In this document: one piece after another, positions 13,001-24,593 of the stretch | Numbering within the stretch: the first letter of the stretch is position 1 | Layout of the letters: the number at the start of each line of letters is the position of its first letter | Assembly (NCBI GenBank): GCA_043228905.1 | Contig: JBHGNT010000007.1 | Span: 16,988,001-17,052,000 of the forward strand | DNA length: 64,000 nt | Direction: 5' to 3' | Source: Azolla caroliniana | Lineage: Eukaryota; Plantae; Polypodiophyta | Notes under the pieces: model-generated | What the model was told of the DNA's origin: nothing | The model's database searches: none | Seen by the model: only the letters and a program-made list of their open reading frames with translations | Made by a program: the position numbers and the translations under genes

Positions 13001-16000
13001 TTGTTTGCTCTTGCTACAGCTCTTAAGTTGGAGCTTTACCAAATGGGTGTAAAACTGCTTTCATACATGGTGGCATTGACGAAGAGTTATATATAAAACT
13101 GCCAAATGGTTTGCAATCCCTGATATATTCAATATGCAAAGTCGAGAGGAGTCCATATGGGCTGAAACAAACTCCTAGACACTGGTACAAAATGTTTGAT
13201 GCTTTTAAGGTATTAAGTGGATTAAAAGGAGCCATGTAGACCATTCTCTTTACCCAAAAAGGGATGTCGATGGCACCACATCATTTCAGTGCTATATGTA
13301 GATGATATGCTTATTGTTGTTATATAAAAAGGTACTCTAAATTCACTTAATGACCAGCTAAAAACAACCTTTTCCATGTAAGCTTTAGGCCCAACTAAAC
13401 ATATCTTGGGTATGAGGATAAATAGAGATAGGCAACATCAGCTACTTTATCTGTCCCGAGAAACTACTTTGAAAAAGTGCTTGAAAGGTTCTGTGATGGC
13501 AAGGTTTGAACTTGTAACCTATGTGTATATATGCCAAGGACCTAACTATTAAGCTATCCGATACATATATTTATTATATAGTAATATAATATCATAATTG
13601 GTATAATTTCCAAGAACATTCTAAAACTTCCTAGACCTTCCTAGAACATCCCACGACATTCTAGAAACCCTAGAATGCTCCATGACCCACTATATAATGA
13701 AGGCCCCTCACTCTTGTCGAACCATTTCGGTTCAACACCAATCTCGAGTCCTCCAAGTAAGCTCCCTTTATCTTAATACATATTTCCTTTCATAGTTACT
13801 CTCTCTCGCTCACTCTATCCATTGATATCTCGTCTATCTCTATCATCCCTCACTCTTTCTCTTGCTCTTTCTATCACTATCTTGTTTCAATTCTGACAGT
13901 TTGAACCAGACTTCCCCTTTCCTTAGCCACTTTCTAAGCCTTATATAGCTATGGCTGTTGATAGCCAGCAAGATTTTATCATTGTTGTCCCTGCATTGGA
14001 AAGCTTTAAACCCAAATTTGTGGCACTTGAGATGGAGAATCAATGATTGCTTGCGGATCTGTTACAAGAATGACCATATAATATCCTGTGGTAAGATTGT
14101 ATCGTAGTATTCTATACATGTGGATAAAGTGTGAGAGTTAAATGAGAGTGTAAAGAATACTACAATACAATCTAACCACGGGATATTATATGGTCATGCC
14201 TGTAACAGGATCTCCAAAGGTGACTGTGGAAAAATAACATGATGAGTTCACACGATGCATACAATAATTAGAGTCGGCGTTGGTGGCTTTGCAACAACAT
14301 TTGACAAGAGATGAAGGGTTTATTAAAGAACCACCCAAGTTTAGCCTACCTGCGAAATTTGATGGTACAAGGTCTCAATTTCTTGACTACGAGTTCACAT
14401 TCTCACGTATTCGGATTGTTCTTCTCTGGATTTAAGTGAGTAGGCATTGGGCCTTTACTTCCTACAATCATTTGTTCAATAGTGCCCTAGGAGCAGGAAT
14501 GGCTATCCCAACTTTTTGCAAGTGGAATAGGGAAACAAGTTGTGCTGCTTGATAAACAACAATCAGGAACAAAGATCTTTCTTAACCAGTGCATCCAGGA
14601 AATAGTAATATGGCAAACAATAGAGAAAAAGACACTTTAGGACCATCTGTAAATTTCCACTTCGCAAATGAACCAAAGATAGTAACTGATGCATTTTAGA
14701 CTTGTGTAGAATCTACATATTTTGTACTCCGCATTGGCTTGTATTACACTTAAAGCTCAGTAAGTGTAGTATCATGATCGTTGATGATCGTCTTCAATGG
14801 GTTTGATCAACCACCATCGGAGAGTATAATAAGCTCAATCATGTAATGACACAAAAAGGAGATAAGAACTAGCATTTAGATTTGGAAGGAGCTCTAGCAC
14901 ACATAGAATGGTTGCACCTAGGACTGTTATTGAGGAGGAGAAACATCCAAATGGAAAAATACTAACTTTAACAATGACAATAATATGGGAAACCCAACCA
15001 AGCAGCAAACAAAGAAAACGAGCATTACCTCTATGCCTGTGTTGCACTCTGGATCAGTTGATCCATCATCAGAAAGATTTAAGCAGGGAAATGACTGGTT
15101 AGCAATGTCTTTAAAGCCAGACGGTAACACTGCATTTGCAGCACCATTGAAGCTTGATATCTCAGAATCCTACATACCAGCAACAATTTAACACTATATA
15201 TTTTAATTCTAATTAACATATTGACATACCCATGTATCTAAGCATAAGAGATTTTCAGGTTTGAATGTTAAAACACACAATTATATCATCAATAAGTGAG
15301 GGCAATTCATTGATCATATTTTCTTTCTCAAGATTTATTTGGTCTTGCCATATTTAAACTGTGATCATTATATTCATATATCCATTTTTGTTTCATCATG
15401 CTTCCCTCGTACTGCCTCTTCCTGGACAATCGGATTAGCCTGCAGTTTGCCATAGTATGGCTTAAGTCAGAATCCGTTTCTGAGCTTCTTTCTATTCTTT
15501 TATCCAATGTACCATACAGACCTATACATTCTTTTACCTATATCCAACGTCTTTGGGAGCTTCCTAAAAGAAGGTACTCAAGGTTGGCACTTATGTTATC
15601 AAGAAAACTGACTGAACATAAAAACATTCATGGTTGGTATGCGGAAATGCAGCAATGGTTCGAGTCACATGGCATAAGCATAAACGCACTACCCCCGTTC
15701 CAATATAGCTTAGACTATCCCCATCTAAACATGACCAAAGTGGAAAAAAATAGAGTGATTCGAAATTATATTATTAACTTCGAAAACAAGATAACATGAA
15801 TCAGCCCCAAAATATCACTTGGTACGAAGATGGCCCACTACAAGACACTTTTTACACACATTGGCGAATGGATTCATCATCGGGCCAGCTTATAAGGACA
15901 TACACCTATCCTGCACAATGTGTTGTGTGATAGGGCAGCTGCGTACTTCATCACATCGGTTAGAGATTGAGGTAGACAGATATGCACAAATACCTATAGA

Positions 16001-18370
16001 AGAAAGAATTTGCCAATTCATTGTAGTGTCATTTATGAAATAAGAGGGAGATACCATTGCCTCTTTAAACAAGGCTTTTGCCTACTACACAAGGCAATGG
16101 AATACAAGGATCAACAGTTGTCAATACCTAGAACTTTTCTTGCTAGAACTCAAGAGACACGGGAAAAAGTTGTCGAAGGACAACAGTACAACCACACAAG
16201 CTCATCCACAAAAAACAATCACTTCTTTCTTTCGCCCCATCACTCCTACTAATGCTACAAGTCAATCAAGGACTACACAAATGCGCTCCCAACCATGACA
16301 TAACAGCGGGGTTACAATAGATCAGGCAATAGCAATTCACCATGCGTGTAGGCCCCAGCCCCATAGACCACGATCTGACCACCCTTGTCATCGAAAAATA
16401 AGGCCATTATATCCCACCATCGTAGGTGCTTCCCTCGCATCGAAGACCTCTCCATTTGGATCAACCTATGCTAGAGATCTTTCAAAGTCAAAAGTCACAA
16501 TATATCTGACATGAGAATCTTACGTGTGCTGATAACAAGATTCTTTAGTCTCTTTTTTATCTTAATTACTTTTATGTGTGCTAATTTATGTTGTGACATG
16601 CTTTTCAATAGGAATTCCTTGATACACATAATACCCATTTGGATCAAATCATATACTTGCATTTCGTTCTGATGTGCACAATAAATAAAGCACGCTTACT
16701 AACCAGAACAACTAAAAACAAAAAAAAAAAAATCTATAGTTAATTTGAATACCTTTCCATATGAAGCAAACATTGAAGGAGTGTCGCATGGATGGAGAGG
16801 AGAGAAAGAAAGCCATTGTGGAAGCCAGGTCTGACCCTAAAGAAAGCAAACAAGATATAGATTGTTAAATTAAACAAGATAAGAGTAAAAACATTTAGAA
16901 TTAAACAAGAAATATGCATATTCTTTAACGAAATTTTTTTAACAGGAAAACAAATTGACTGTCGATTTTTTAGCAATGATTTTCATCATATCATATTTAA
17001 TCGTACTAGACTCATTCTTGATAGGACTTCAAGTGGAGGCATGTTTCATGATGTTTTTGGTTGCAACATTTGTGATGGGTCAAGAATCATCCTCATTTCA
17101 ATACCTAAACATGAAAAAAAGAATGCAAAATTTACATCGCTTGTCGTTAAGTTGGTGGCAATTGTCAGTCGGATACATATTCCAATTTAGATGCTAGATA
17201 TGGTTATAGTTAATGATCTCGATATGTTCAACCTTTCAAAATGACACATTAATAGGACTTGCTACTTGGATACACATTCCAATTTGATGCTATATATATG
17301 ATTATGGTTAATGATCAAGATATGTTCAACCTTTCAAAGGGCTGAGAGGAATGCTTATGATGATTTCAAATGGATTAATGAAAATTTAATTGAAAAATTT
17401 TCATATGGGAGGTGCATCTGGTCTTTGTTATAACATCACTTTGCTTTATGTAACACCAACATATTCCTTGTCAAGATTTCAACTGGATTAACCATGCCTT
17501 TCTACAATAACAAAATGCAACGTTTCCATTAAAACGTCTTAACTCTTTTCCGAACGAAGATCCAGCTCTTTCTTGACGAAATATTCACGAAACATCTTAC
17601 CACCTTTATCACAACATTGTGTTTTCCCTTTGAAGACAATCCTACTGAGTATTTTCTTGAGGAAACATTCTATGCTAACAACATACCCTCGTTATCCTGG
17701 CATGTTTGTTTACCTTATGAAGAGGATGATCATTCTCCAGATTTCATCTGGATTAACCAAGGATTTTCTTGTGTTCAACGGTCTCTTATCACAAGTTTTA
17801 CCAAACAAAGACTTTTCTTTTTTTCAATTTCAACTCTTTCTTCAAAAAAAGCATGTAATACATAAATGCAGTCTTTATCATAGTGTTCTGTTTTTACTGT
17901 ATGAAGAATACATAGCTTTCCCAGATTCCAATTGGAATCAGCAAGTATTCCTTAAAAGATATTTCTTATGTTTCACTGCCTTTTTCATTACAGGCTTTGC
18001 CATTATGAGGTCGTTCCTCTCTCCGATTTCACCTCATTCTTGAAAAAAATTCTTATGCTTAACAGTCTTTCATCATACATTTTGCCTTAACGAAGGTATT
18101 TATTTTTTCCGACTTCAACCGTTTTCTTGAAGATTTTTCACATGCTTTAAAGTTTTAACAGCATCCATTCTTTTGTTACACCATCAGAACAGAGGCAACA
18201 ACAACGAACGACATATTTTCTATGCCAACAAAGTCCAGCATTATCGGTATACCATTACCATCACCATCGCAATTGCCATCACCATGATCAGGAAAGAAAA
18301 ATTAAGAACAACGAGAACAAGAACAAGAGGAGAGCACCTGCGAAAACACGGGGCCTCGTGGAGGCGCCAT
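4021..18370 (-). CDS. Tandem-BRCT plus C-terminal BAH domain protein, about 1300 aa, 14 exons (resembles the plant At3g43930-type BRCT family)
   Basis: Phase-compatible exons: 18370-18338 (MAPPRGPVFSQ), 16836-16753 (GQTWLPQWL), 15169-15029, 10233-10180, 10006-~9800 (donor unresolved), ~9649-8807 (AAIRLTVASAE...SRWFGGW), 8725-7720, 7620-7313 (LFQGLNFLITG...HGG), 7234-7128 (RTLKYLYG...SWIDEC), 6803-6671 (GC donor), 6587-6435 (HGGG), 5483-5103 (DWVIDS...YSVGDFVE), 4985-4749 (PYIAQIE...CRWFYRPSD...ELYLSDH), 4218-4021 (YICKFFYD, TAA). BRCT and BAH motifs read directly; the family match is from recalled motifs. Confidence 0.85.
10567..10820 (+). mobile_element. Truncated copy of the 3' region of the non-LTR element at 15398-16732
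   Basis: Clear alignment to 16322-16570 (TCAGGCAATAGCAATT...ACCTATGCTAGAGATCTTTC...GAGAATCT). Confidence 0.7.
11700..13491 (+). mobile_element. Degenerate Ty1/copia internal region (integrase then RT) in an intron
   Basis: Integrase KDNGGEFTGIEFRRFCEFNGIKRE, followed by RT motifs LVAKG, GVDFQEVFSPV, YGLKQ, LYVDDML and KHILGMRINRDR, with many frameshifts and stops. Confidence 0.85.
11877..12279 (+). repeat. Near-identical tandem duplication of about 200 bp within the Copia remnant
   Basis: Two units, each starting at a G-run + AGCATTGCATTTTG (11877 and ~12080) and ending TGAATTTAGAAGATT. Confidence 0.9.
13492..14385 (+). mobile_element. 3'-truncated Tcn1/Tf1-like chromovirus: 5' LTR (13492-13898), self-priming-type PBS and gag N-terminus
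   Basis: TG...CA LTR with TTCTAGAA repeats and a TATA box. GTTTGAACC directly after the LTR is complementary to GGTTCAA in the R region (~13729). Gag motif EPPKFSLPAKFDGTRSQF. Confidence 0.7.
14060..14207. mobile_element. 148-bp fold-back element, ~54-bp TIRs, TGT...ACA ends, 5-bp TSD
   Basis: TGTTACAAGAATGACCATATAATATCC... is the inverted repeat of ...GGATATTATATGGTCATGCCTGTAACA. GGATC occurs on both sides (14055-14059, 14208-14212). Confidence 0.85.
15398..16732 (+). mobile_element. 5'-truncated non-LTR retrotransposon, RTEX/CR1-like ORF2 C-terminus plus 3' UTR, in intron 2
   Basis: Motif QLRTSSHRLEIEVDRYAQIPIEERICQ followed by a degenerate Cys/His motif, then AATAAA (~16680) and an A-tract (16713-16732). 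A second partial copy lies at 10567. Confidence 0.65.
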
Positions 18371-18648
18371 AGCCTGGATCGCGACGGCTTCCGCGTAGTC
18401 TCCTAGAGAGCGCGGGAAAGAGAGGACGAAGGAATAACAACAATTTCTGAGATACTGCTACATGAATAAAATGCACGAATACTAAAGAGAAGCGAGAAGG
18501 GGCATTTCGATGGAAATAAACCAAAACCTGGGAGGGGCATTTCTGGAATAAAGAGAAATACGCTCAAGATAAAAACCGATAAGCCGTCCCCCGATGGCCA
18601 ACTTTGTCCGGAAAGGTCCCTCCCCGACAATGAGGCCACGGTTGTTAC

Positions 18649-18946
18649 TAAGAATCGGCAATGGCTCGGCTCAAGCCTGAACCGAACCGTTAAAACCATT
18701 TTTAAACGGTTTGGCAGTTCGATTTAGGCTTGAGCTTCCTTAACCAGTTTGAGCTCGGTTTGAGAGGGCTCGAGCCAAACCAAACCAGTTAAGGCTTAAT
18801 TGGCTTGGCTAAACTAGTTAGCCTTAACCAGTTTAGAAACTGGTTCGGTTTAAGTTTGGAAACTCCCAAATTGGTTAAGCCTTGCCCAATTTGGTTTGGA
18901 CAAGGCCAAAACGATAAAGCCAAAACCAAATCGTTGTTGATTCCTA
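18649..18946. mobile_element. hAT-type MITE about 280 bp upstream of the BRCT-BAH start codon
   Basis: TIRs TAAGAATCGGCAATG / CGTTGTTGATTCCTA, perfect 8-bp TSD GTTGTTAC (18641-18648, 18947-18954), and AACCG/CGGTT subterminal repeats. Confidence 0.9.
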
Positions 18947-20677
18947 GTTGTTACTGCACATATATGCTCTCTCACATGAAACCTACCTCTCACGCCTTCT
19001 CGCTCGCTATGCATGCCTTTGTGATATTGTCATCTCTGAAGGGATCGACACTCGAATAATTGATTTCCTTGAAAGTTCTGGCCTTCCTATTGGTCGCATA
19101 ATGATACTTGATCATAAGATTTGGTGAACTATGGAAAACCTATTGCAAGATCAGTTATTGTCATGCTTATTATGAGACACTTGCAGCCTCACTATGAACA
19201 TTCTACATTGCTAATGGTCTACTCAACCATATTCGAAAGGTTTGTTTTCCAAATTTGTTTGAATTTAAAATGAGATTTATTTTTCTTGAATGCAGTGTAC
19301 CCTCACTAAGGCATCCTAAAACACATCATACACTTGTTATCATTTTTACTCTCTTTTTTTCTAGTTGAGATGCATCTTGATATTAATGATTATGTGACCA
19401 AATATCACCATTCTCGGGTTACCAATAAATATAAAGAGCGGCAAAGATTTTCAATTTATTAGTGATGTTTTGGATAAAGTCTATTACGAAACTAGAAACT
19501 ACCTTGAGCATGCACTCCATAGACCAACCTTGGTGTAATGGACCAATCGACCAAACAATCAAATTAATGATGATATGCTTTGAGCTTTGGAAAAATAATG
19601 TCCTATTATAGAGTTTTCTCCAAGCATATATTGATTGGATATAGTCATTTGACATTGATATATGATTTTACGTATGAGCCTCGATTGATGGTAGCATTCA
19701 TCGTGATGAGTTATACACAACATAAACTATCTAAGGGATATATAAATGTATGTTGCATATTGCATGACACAAAGTCACATTTGCTCAAGATAGAGCATGA
19801 TTTGATGCCAACTAGCATTGACAAACCTTGTGTATTTAACCCTAGACAAAAGGTATTTCTATGTGTATTTCTAAACTCTAAGACTTTGTCTATGATTCCC
19901 ACGAGCTTGTGAACCTTTCACAATCCTCAAATGCATTTATTGATATACCAAATTGTCTTAAGTTCTTAACCTTCTAAACACACAACTCACCTCCCTCAAA
20001 TAGAAATCGCAAGAGAATGTTCCAAGCATAACCATAATTGATCTTTAGATAGGTTTTTTTGTAGTTTTCCCTTATCTTATTATAGGTATGTGTCGGTTAA
20101 TTCCAAAAGGAACGAGGGTATGAATTGAATTTTATAATTCTACGGTGTCAGATAAATTGTTAAGTGTGTTATCACTTAACCACTTCACATGAAGTAGTCG
20201 AGTGTGTGAACACACATTTTTGTGCAAGGAAGATGATTCTAATTTATTCATGTCCACAATTCTAATTTATATGTGTTGTCGAACTAGCAAAACATCCTAC
20301 CCTATGATTTCAAATATGATCTCATTCTTATTACAAGATATTAGTTTTTTTTGTATTTTCAAAACTTTGAGTATCACACAATTGAAAATTATACATAGAT
20401 GCAATAAACTTCCATCATATGGTTTCAAGCAAATACATGTCGTTTAATTGCGGAACTTCCTAACCTAGATCTCTTGCATCTTGTTCTATGTCCAAAATAT
20501 TCTATTGATAGTTTTTTAGGCATCCAATAATATGCAACACATTAATTCACGAAATATTGATCATGAATGGTCTATCCATGTATGTAATATGTAACCTTTG
20601 CGTTTCACACGATCTTCAAATCAACTGAGCTAATAAGCAAACCTATGATAATAAAAATGTCTACAGATTCACAATAT

Positions 20678-21010
20678 GGGTGAGTTCACAAGCATTGAAT
20701 TTAGAATATTTTGTGAATTAAATGGTGTTATGTACACATAACATAGGTGAAGGTAGGTCACTAATATTTATATAAATGAAGGGTATGTTCACTAATGTTA
20801 GAAAGGGACTAATTTGATTGGATAGAAGGAATTATAGGTGCATGCACTATCGTGATCTTGACAACCAATGAAAACACGATGCAATTTCCATGAAGTCTAT
20901 CTTCCTTGCATATGATGAGGGAGGTGAAATGGGCTACATGATATGGTTCTCAGCTTAAAAATCCTTTATGCATCTAGGATGTCATCTTTAATAAGAGTAA
21001 GTTCCTCGAA
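20678..21010 (+). mobile_element. Degenerate Ty1/copia integrase fragment
   Basis: GGGTGAGTTCACAAGCATTGAATTTAGAA matches 12246-12275. Downstream YDEGGEMGY..W..SRDVIFN is the typical post-integrase copia motif. Confidence 0.65.
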
Positions 21011-21452
21011 TATTGTTGTACCTCTAAGAAACATAACAAAAAGTCTACAGTTCAGCATAACCAGCCAAACATGAGACTATACATGTGTTTTAGAGGAGTA
21101 TAAAGATGCGACATCTTTATGGAGATATGTGAGCTTCTTAATGTTAGTGTTTTTCTTAAAGGCTTAAATCCTAGAAGATGATTGGTGGTGACACTGGTGA
21201 CAATGGAAGTTATGAACTCAAGAACTTGGATGACACTCTTCATGAATTATACTTATTTTCAAATTCTCTCCGCAATGTTGATACTAAGAGAGTTTTCCCT
21301 CATTTCTTGATACATTCAAAAAAGGTTTTCTTTGTGACCCTAATGAGGTCGTCAAGCGTATAATCATCCAATAATGCTTGATGAAATCTATTGCAATCTA
21401 AGGGGATTTTTTTTTACAATTTTGCTACCTTTATTCGAACTTCTAGAGTCAC

Positions 21453-21871
21453 CGTTGTTCTCTGACCGGACAAGGCCTAACACAAGGTGTCACGGAGACA
21501 CTTCACCAAAGGGTGATTACGGCATAGGATTATGACTCAACGATTACACCGACCTAAGTAGGTTACACGATTAAAGCGCTTTTGTTAATTACACGCATAA
21601 GATATAACAGTAAGTACAGAACGGAAATCAACACAGAAGTATAAACACCATACGCTCTATTAATTATCCGCCGCTATTACAATGGGCTCCGGGCCTTTAA
21701 ATAGGTTTCCGGTCCGTAGTACAAAACGGTGCCTATCGCACCTATTCGGGATCCGTCCAGATCTGGAACGACATACCGTTTCCAGTCCGTCCGTCCATAC
21801 TATGCTTATTTACAACCATACTTAATTAATTCCTTCACTCCGTATTTTGGACTCCTTGCCGGCCGGTAACA
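21453..21871 (-). repeat. 3' LTR of element A
   Basis: Direct repeat of 38235-38653. Minus-strand TATA CCTATTTAAAGG. Terminal base is C rather than T at 21453. Confidence 0.95.
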
Positions 21872-21873
21872 CA

Positions 21874-21911
21874 TGGCACGCCCGTGGGACAGTACCTTGT
21901 ACGTCGAACCC
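21874..21911 (+). promoter_or_regulatory. Inverted tRNA-Arg(UCU)-like primer-binding site at the position where the PPT is expected
   Basis: TGGCACGCCCGTGGGAC starts 2 nt from the LTR, followed by a 13-nt spacer and TCGAACCC. The arrangement is conserved in element F at 60031-60070. Confidence 0.75.
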
Positions 21912-21923
21912 TTCTCGGCCCCT

Positions 21924-24593
21924 TCATTGTTCACCCAAATTGTCCAAAATACTTTGTTCCAGAGTTTCCAATTGTTCTTCCGGTTGTGGTTGTTGCGGCT
22001 GTGCTTGCTGCTGCTGCTGTGGTTGCGGTTGGAACTGAGACTGCTCCGGCTGCTCTATAGGCGGCTGCTCCGTTTGTTTCTCTGACTCTGGCATCCCCGT
22101 TTGACTGCTTCCGGTCCGGTCTCCTTCCAGTAACGGTTCCTCATCACTGAGGTTGACCGTAACCGGTTCTCGTGCTTTCTCTTCCCGGATCCGGGACCTC
22201 TCGTAGCTTTCAAACTGGATTTGCGCCTCCAGCATGTCGTCGTCCAGCTAAGCTACAAGTTGCCGGATTTGCCCTAGTTGGTCCTCTGCCAAGGCTTGAA
22301 AGTCTTCGGCCAGCTCATCTCTTATGCCGGTGAAGTCTTCGGAAGTCAGCATATAGCAATCATCTCCCTCCTTCCGCCGATTCTCTACGTCGGCCCGGAG
22401 CAATTGGAGTTCCACCGCGTTCGGGGCCCACTTGGTCCACCATTTGACGGAACCGTTGTCAATCAAGCTCTTGGTCTGGTTCAACCAGGCCCGCATGATA
22501 TCCTGGATGCGACTTGCTCCCATTTGCGCTCTACTTTCCACAACTTGTCGTTCCTCCTTCAACTGCTTGATGAGATTAGCCGTATCCTCCGCCTGCTCTC
22601 TGTAGCGCGTCAGCTGCCCTTGATATGTTGTCTGCAGTCTCTGCAGTACCTCCGCCGCTCTTTCTTTTTCCGCCTGCTGTTGCCTGAGGAGCTCTGTCCG
22701 AACCTTCTCCGCCTCTTCCAACCGTCTTCTAGTTTCCGCTTGTTCATTAGCGTATGCCGTTGCGGTCCGATCAACTGCTTGCCGGAGCTCATCCGTCCGT
22801 TCCTTGTGCTCCGTTTGCAACCGTTTATACTCCCGGTGCAAGTGCTCAAATTCCTCCGTTTTTTGTTTGAGCTTGCCGTTGATCTGGCGATGGTTCCGGT
22901 CCTCCCGGTCCTTTAGCTGCCAGAGTTCCTCTTTCAGGCGCTCTACTTCTGTTTCACCGTTTCTCCGGAGCCTGTCCTTCTCTTGCAGCATTTTCTCCTT
23001 TTCCTCCTTGAGCCGGTCGTACGCTTGGTGGCCTTTTCGTAAGCTCTCCTCGGCCCGGCGTAGATTCTCAGCAGTCTTTTTGAGTTCTGCCTCCGCTGCC
23101 GTCTTCAACTCTCTTTCGCGGCTCCTCAGCGCTTCTTGGGCAACTAGCTCATCCTTTAAGTCCGCAAGCTCTTGGGCTTGTGCCACATTTCTCTCCGGAA
23201 CGGTTTCCGTTGCCGGGGTCTGATTGCTATGTACAGGTTGATCTGACGCTTTATTCTGTACATTGCCCGGAGTCACCGGTGCTTGGACTTGTGTTGTCAA
23301 AGCCAATTGAGCCATTTCCCTTGTGACCCTGTCTAAGTCTTGTTCAAGGCTCCGGATTCTGGACCGGGCCGTCTCTAGATCTACGGTTGTGACGAGCAAC
23401 CGTTCGTGGTGCGCTCTCTCCTCCGCCTCTATGTACTCGACCGCTCCGGCGATCTGCTCGCCTACCCACCGTAGCCACATGCTACTGGTGCCTTGCTGCT
23501 GTACTGGTCGGGTTGGCTCGTTCACTGTGGAATTATCTGGCCTGAGTGCCTGTATCTGCCGTTCTGGTTCTACTCCTTGGCCGCTGTGTGTGCTGGCTGG
23601 GCTCGCCGGCTGTTGAGTTCCGGTTCTCGCCGTCTCCGGAGCCGTTGGAATGACTTCTTGTACAGAAGTCGACAAGGCCGGTTCTATACGCACCGGTTCC
23701 GGTTCCTCCCTTGTGGTTTGCTCAGGTTGAGTTGGGGGCGTTTCTTCCTTTTGCGGGTCCGAACGCTCCCCCGTTGTCCCGGCGGTCCTACTTCTTGACC
23801 GTCGTTAGAGGTGCTCTACTGGCTCCTCCGTTTCCTCTTCCTAGGTAACGACATGTATCTGTGCCGTCAAGGGTTCCGGTTCCTTCTGTCTCGGTCGCCG
23901 TATGGTTATCTTAACGGGTCGGACCGGTGACACCTCCTCCGGTTCTGGGAGCCGTTTCTTCCCTTTCGTCGCCTTCGACGCCAGCAGCTGCTATCGTTTG
24001 GACGCGGGTTTCGAGGTGCTTCCTTCCGATAATCTTGGCCGCTTCTTTGGCTGGACGGTCTCGACCGGCGGCGCGAGCAATGTTATCCACTGAGCTACGG
24101 CATGCCACAACTTCCGGCCCTCCTTGCCGTCCTTTCCTCGTACCGTGTCGATTGCCGCGCACAAACCGTCTGCAATCAACACCGGCCAATCCACCTTGAT
24201 CCCTTCATAGGTGGCTATGATCATCCCTGCCCGATTTTTTGGCATGACAGGGGGTCGGGGGTACACGTGGCCGTACTCATGGAGCACTCGAGCTATTTCC
24301 CTGAATAGCGGATCTTCGCCGCCCTACGTTCGATAGCCTTTGCCGGCTAGAGAGTACTCACCGAAATATCGGATGAGTTGCTCCGAGGTTGGGTTATCGA
24401 TCTGAAAAATACCTCCCTCCGGAAGGCCTGTTAGCGCACGGATCGCTTCCTCGGTGATGACTTCTGTGTCGAGCTCCTTGATGACCCGGTCGGCTTCTTT
24501 GTGCGGTGGTGCCTCCATGATGGTCAAGAACCCATCCAGTCCGTGTTGCCTGAGCCATTTCCTGGCCGCTTCCGACAGCGTTTGTGGTTCCAT
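21924..24593 (-). pseudogene. Extra 3' ORF of element A (~890 codons): globular N-terminal domain, low-complexity linker, long coiled coil, Gln-rich tail
   Basis: One reading frame from ATG 24593 (MEPQTLSEAARKWL) to 21924, broken by in-frame TAG codons at 24324, 23991, 23841 and 22248. Homologous to the ORF in element F. Confidence 0.8.

Noticed and set aside
10567-16570. Direct repeats at 10567 and 16322 as an LTR pair
   Set aside because: No TG...CA ends, PBS or TSD. They enclose a host exon and follow a LINE-like ORF end.
17573-18043. 156-aa plus-strand ORF in intron 1
   Set aside because: Non-ATG start, AT-rich low-complexity sequence, antisense to the host gene, no motif.
22248-23693. 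Extra ORF as a retroviral envelope or a captured host myosin/SMC gene
   Set aside because: No signal peptide, transmembrane helix or ATPase motif. The coiled-coil resemblance is compositional, and the ORF is shared by two TE copies.
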